Shown: in pieces, positions 62,890 through 64,000 of the stretch
Layout of the letters: each line of letters opens with the position of its first letter
Position numbering within the stretch: position 1 is the first letter of the stretch
From: Lama glama
Lineage: Eukaryota
Length of the DNA stretch: 64,000 bases
Assembly: GCA_028534125.1 (NCBI GenBank)
Contig: CM052817.1
Location: 28,398,001-28,462,000, forward strand
Direction of reading: 5' to 3'
Program-made: the position numbers and the translations under genes
Notes under the pieces: model-generated
Database searches by the model: none
Told to the model about the DNA's origin: nothing
The model's input: the letters and a program-made list of their open reading frames with translations, nothing else

Positions 62890-64000
62890 TATATTTCCCA
62901 GTTTAGGGAAATTTTCAGCTACTATTCCTTCTAATGTTTTCTGCCCCTTTCAGTCTCTCTTCTGCCTCTAGGACCCCTATAATGTGAATGTTAGTATGGC
63001 TGATGTTGTCCTGGAGGTCTCTTAAGCTGTCCTTATTTCAGTGAATTATTTTTCCTTTTTTCTGTTGAACGTCAGTGATTTTTCAATACTCTTTGTCTTC
63101 CAGCTTGCTGGTTCATTCTTCGGTATTATTTAATATCTGTCAATCCCTTCTAGTGTATTTTTTATTTCAGTTATTATATTCTTCATCTCTGTTTGGTTCT
63201 TCTTTATATTTCCTTTTTTGTTTAGTTTTGTTAGAAACTTCTAATTCCTCATTCCTTTCATTCATTCTTCTCTTGAGTTCTTTGGGCATTTTTATGATTA
63301 TTATCTTGAACTCTTTATCTGGTAGATTTCTTAACTTCACTTTGTTCTTTTGACAGTTTATCTTGTTCCTTCATTTGAAACATACTCCTCTGTCACCTCA
63401 TTTTGACCAATTTTCTGTTTTTACTTTTGTGTATTTGGCAGATAGAGAAGTGGCTTTATTTAGGGAACATCCTATAGGGCTCTGTTACTGTCTGGTCACC
63501 AGAGCTATATGTTTTAGGTGTGCTGTCTAAGTGGACTGCATGGGCCCTCTGTTTGTGGGAGGGTGGGGGGCTGACCACTGTGGGTACGCTGGTAGGCATG
63601 GATGATCCCTGGTCCAGTGGATTACCAGGCCTGACTTGGGACTGGCTATAGGACCGGGGACCCCAGTACCAGTGTTGGCCTGCTGGTGGACAGGGCCAGA
63701 GCCCAGGATGATCTGGGTGGTGCAGGTCTGCTGGTGAGTGGGCCAGGTCTTGACACAGCTGGCTGTGGGGCTGTGGTGGTACCAAAGCTGATGTTGGCCC
63801 ACAGGTGTGTGGGACTAGAGCCAATGAGATCTCAGGGCTAGTGACAGCCCACTGGAGAGCAGAGCCAAGCCCCAGGTCTCTGACTGCAGGGCTGAAGAAT
63901 TTTGGTCTTGGTGCCAATCAACTGGTGTCTGGAGCTGTGGCCCAGTGGGTCCTGGGGCTGATGCCAGCTCACTGGTAAGCAGGAAAAGGTTGGGTGTAAC
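62890..64000 (-). mobile_element. L1 ORF1 start and GC-rich 5' UTR, running off the window end
   Basis: ttagggaaattttcagctactatt...ggacccctataatgtgaatgttagt...ttgaactctttatctggtagat is reversed ORF1; G-rich segment 63480-64000 with short internal repeats sits where the 5' UTR is expected. Confidence 0.8.

Noticed and set aside
1..64000. Prokaryote-type novel system (operon, CRISPR array, defence island, retron)
   Set aside because: No gene-dense ORFs, no regularly spaced repeat-spacer array and no RBS-linked genes; the repeat content is unambiguously mammalian

Overview
This is AT-rich, CpG-poor mammalian nuclear DNA rather than prokaryotic DNA, and it is most likely camelid. It carries three tRNA-Ala-derived vic-1-type SINEs plus young artiodactyl-type L1 3' ends, and I saw no Alu, B1/B2, Bov-tA/BovB, PRE-1 or Can-SINE. 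Roughly half of the window is recognisable transposon debris: L1, HAL1, L2, MIR, MaLR/ERVL/ERV1 LTRs, a decayed ERVL pol segment, and MER5/MER20 hAT MITEs. There are also microsatellites and two 500-N assembly gaps. No ORF in the track is a credible host gene; they are chance ORFs, repeat-derived ORFs or N-run artefacts. I find no support for a new biological system. The best second-look items are: (1) a speculative chain of three frame-compatible + strand exon candidates (7056-7187, 13732-13756, 22786-22845), one with its acceptor AG inside a perfect hairpin loop; (2) a 19-bp tail-less L1-RT-like micro-insertion between 11-bp direct repeats; (3) two twin-primed (5'-inverted) L1 insertions; (4) an orphan L1 5' terminus; (5) a perfect 77-bp tandem duplication. 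Repeat subfamily names come from remembered consensus motifs, and boundaries are approximate unless a target-site duplication (TSD) is given.
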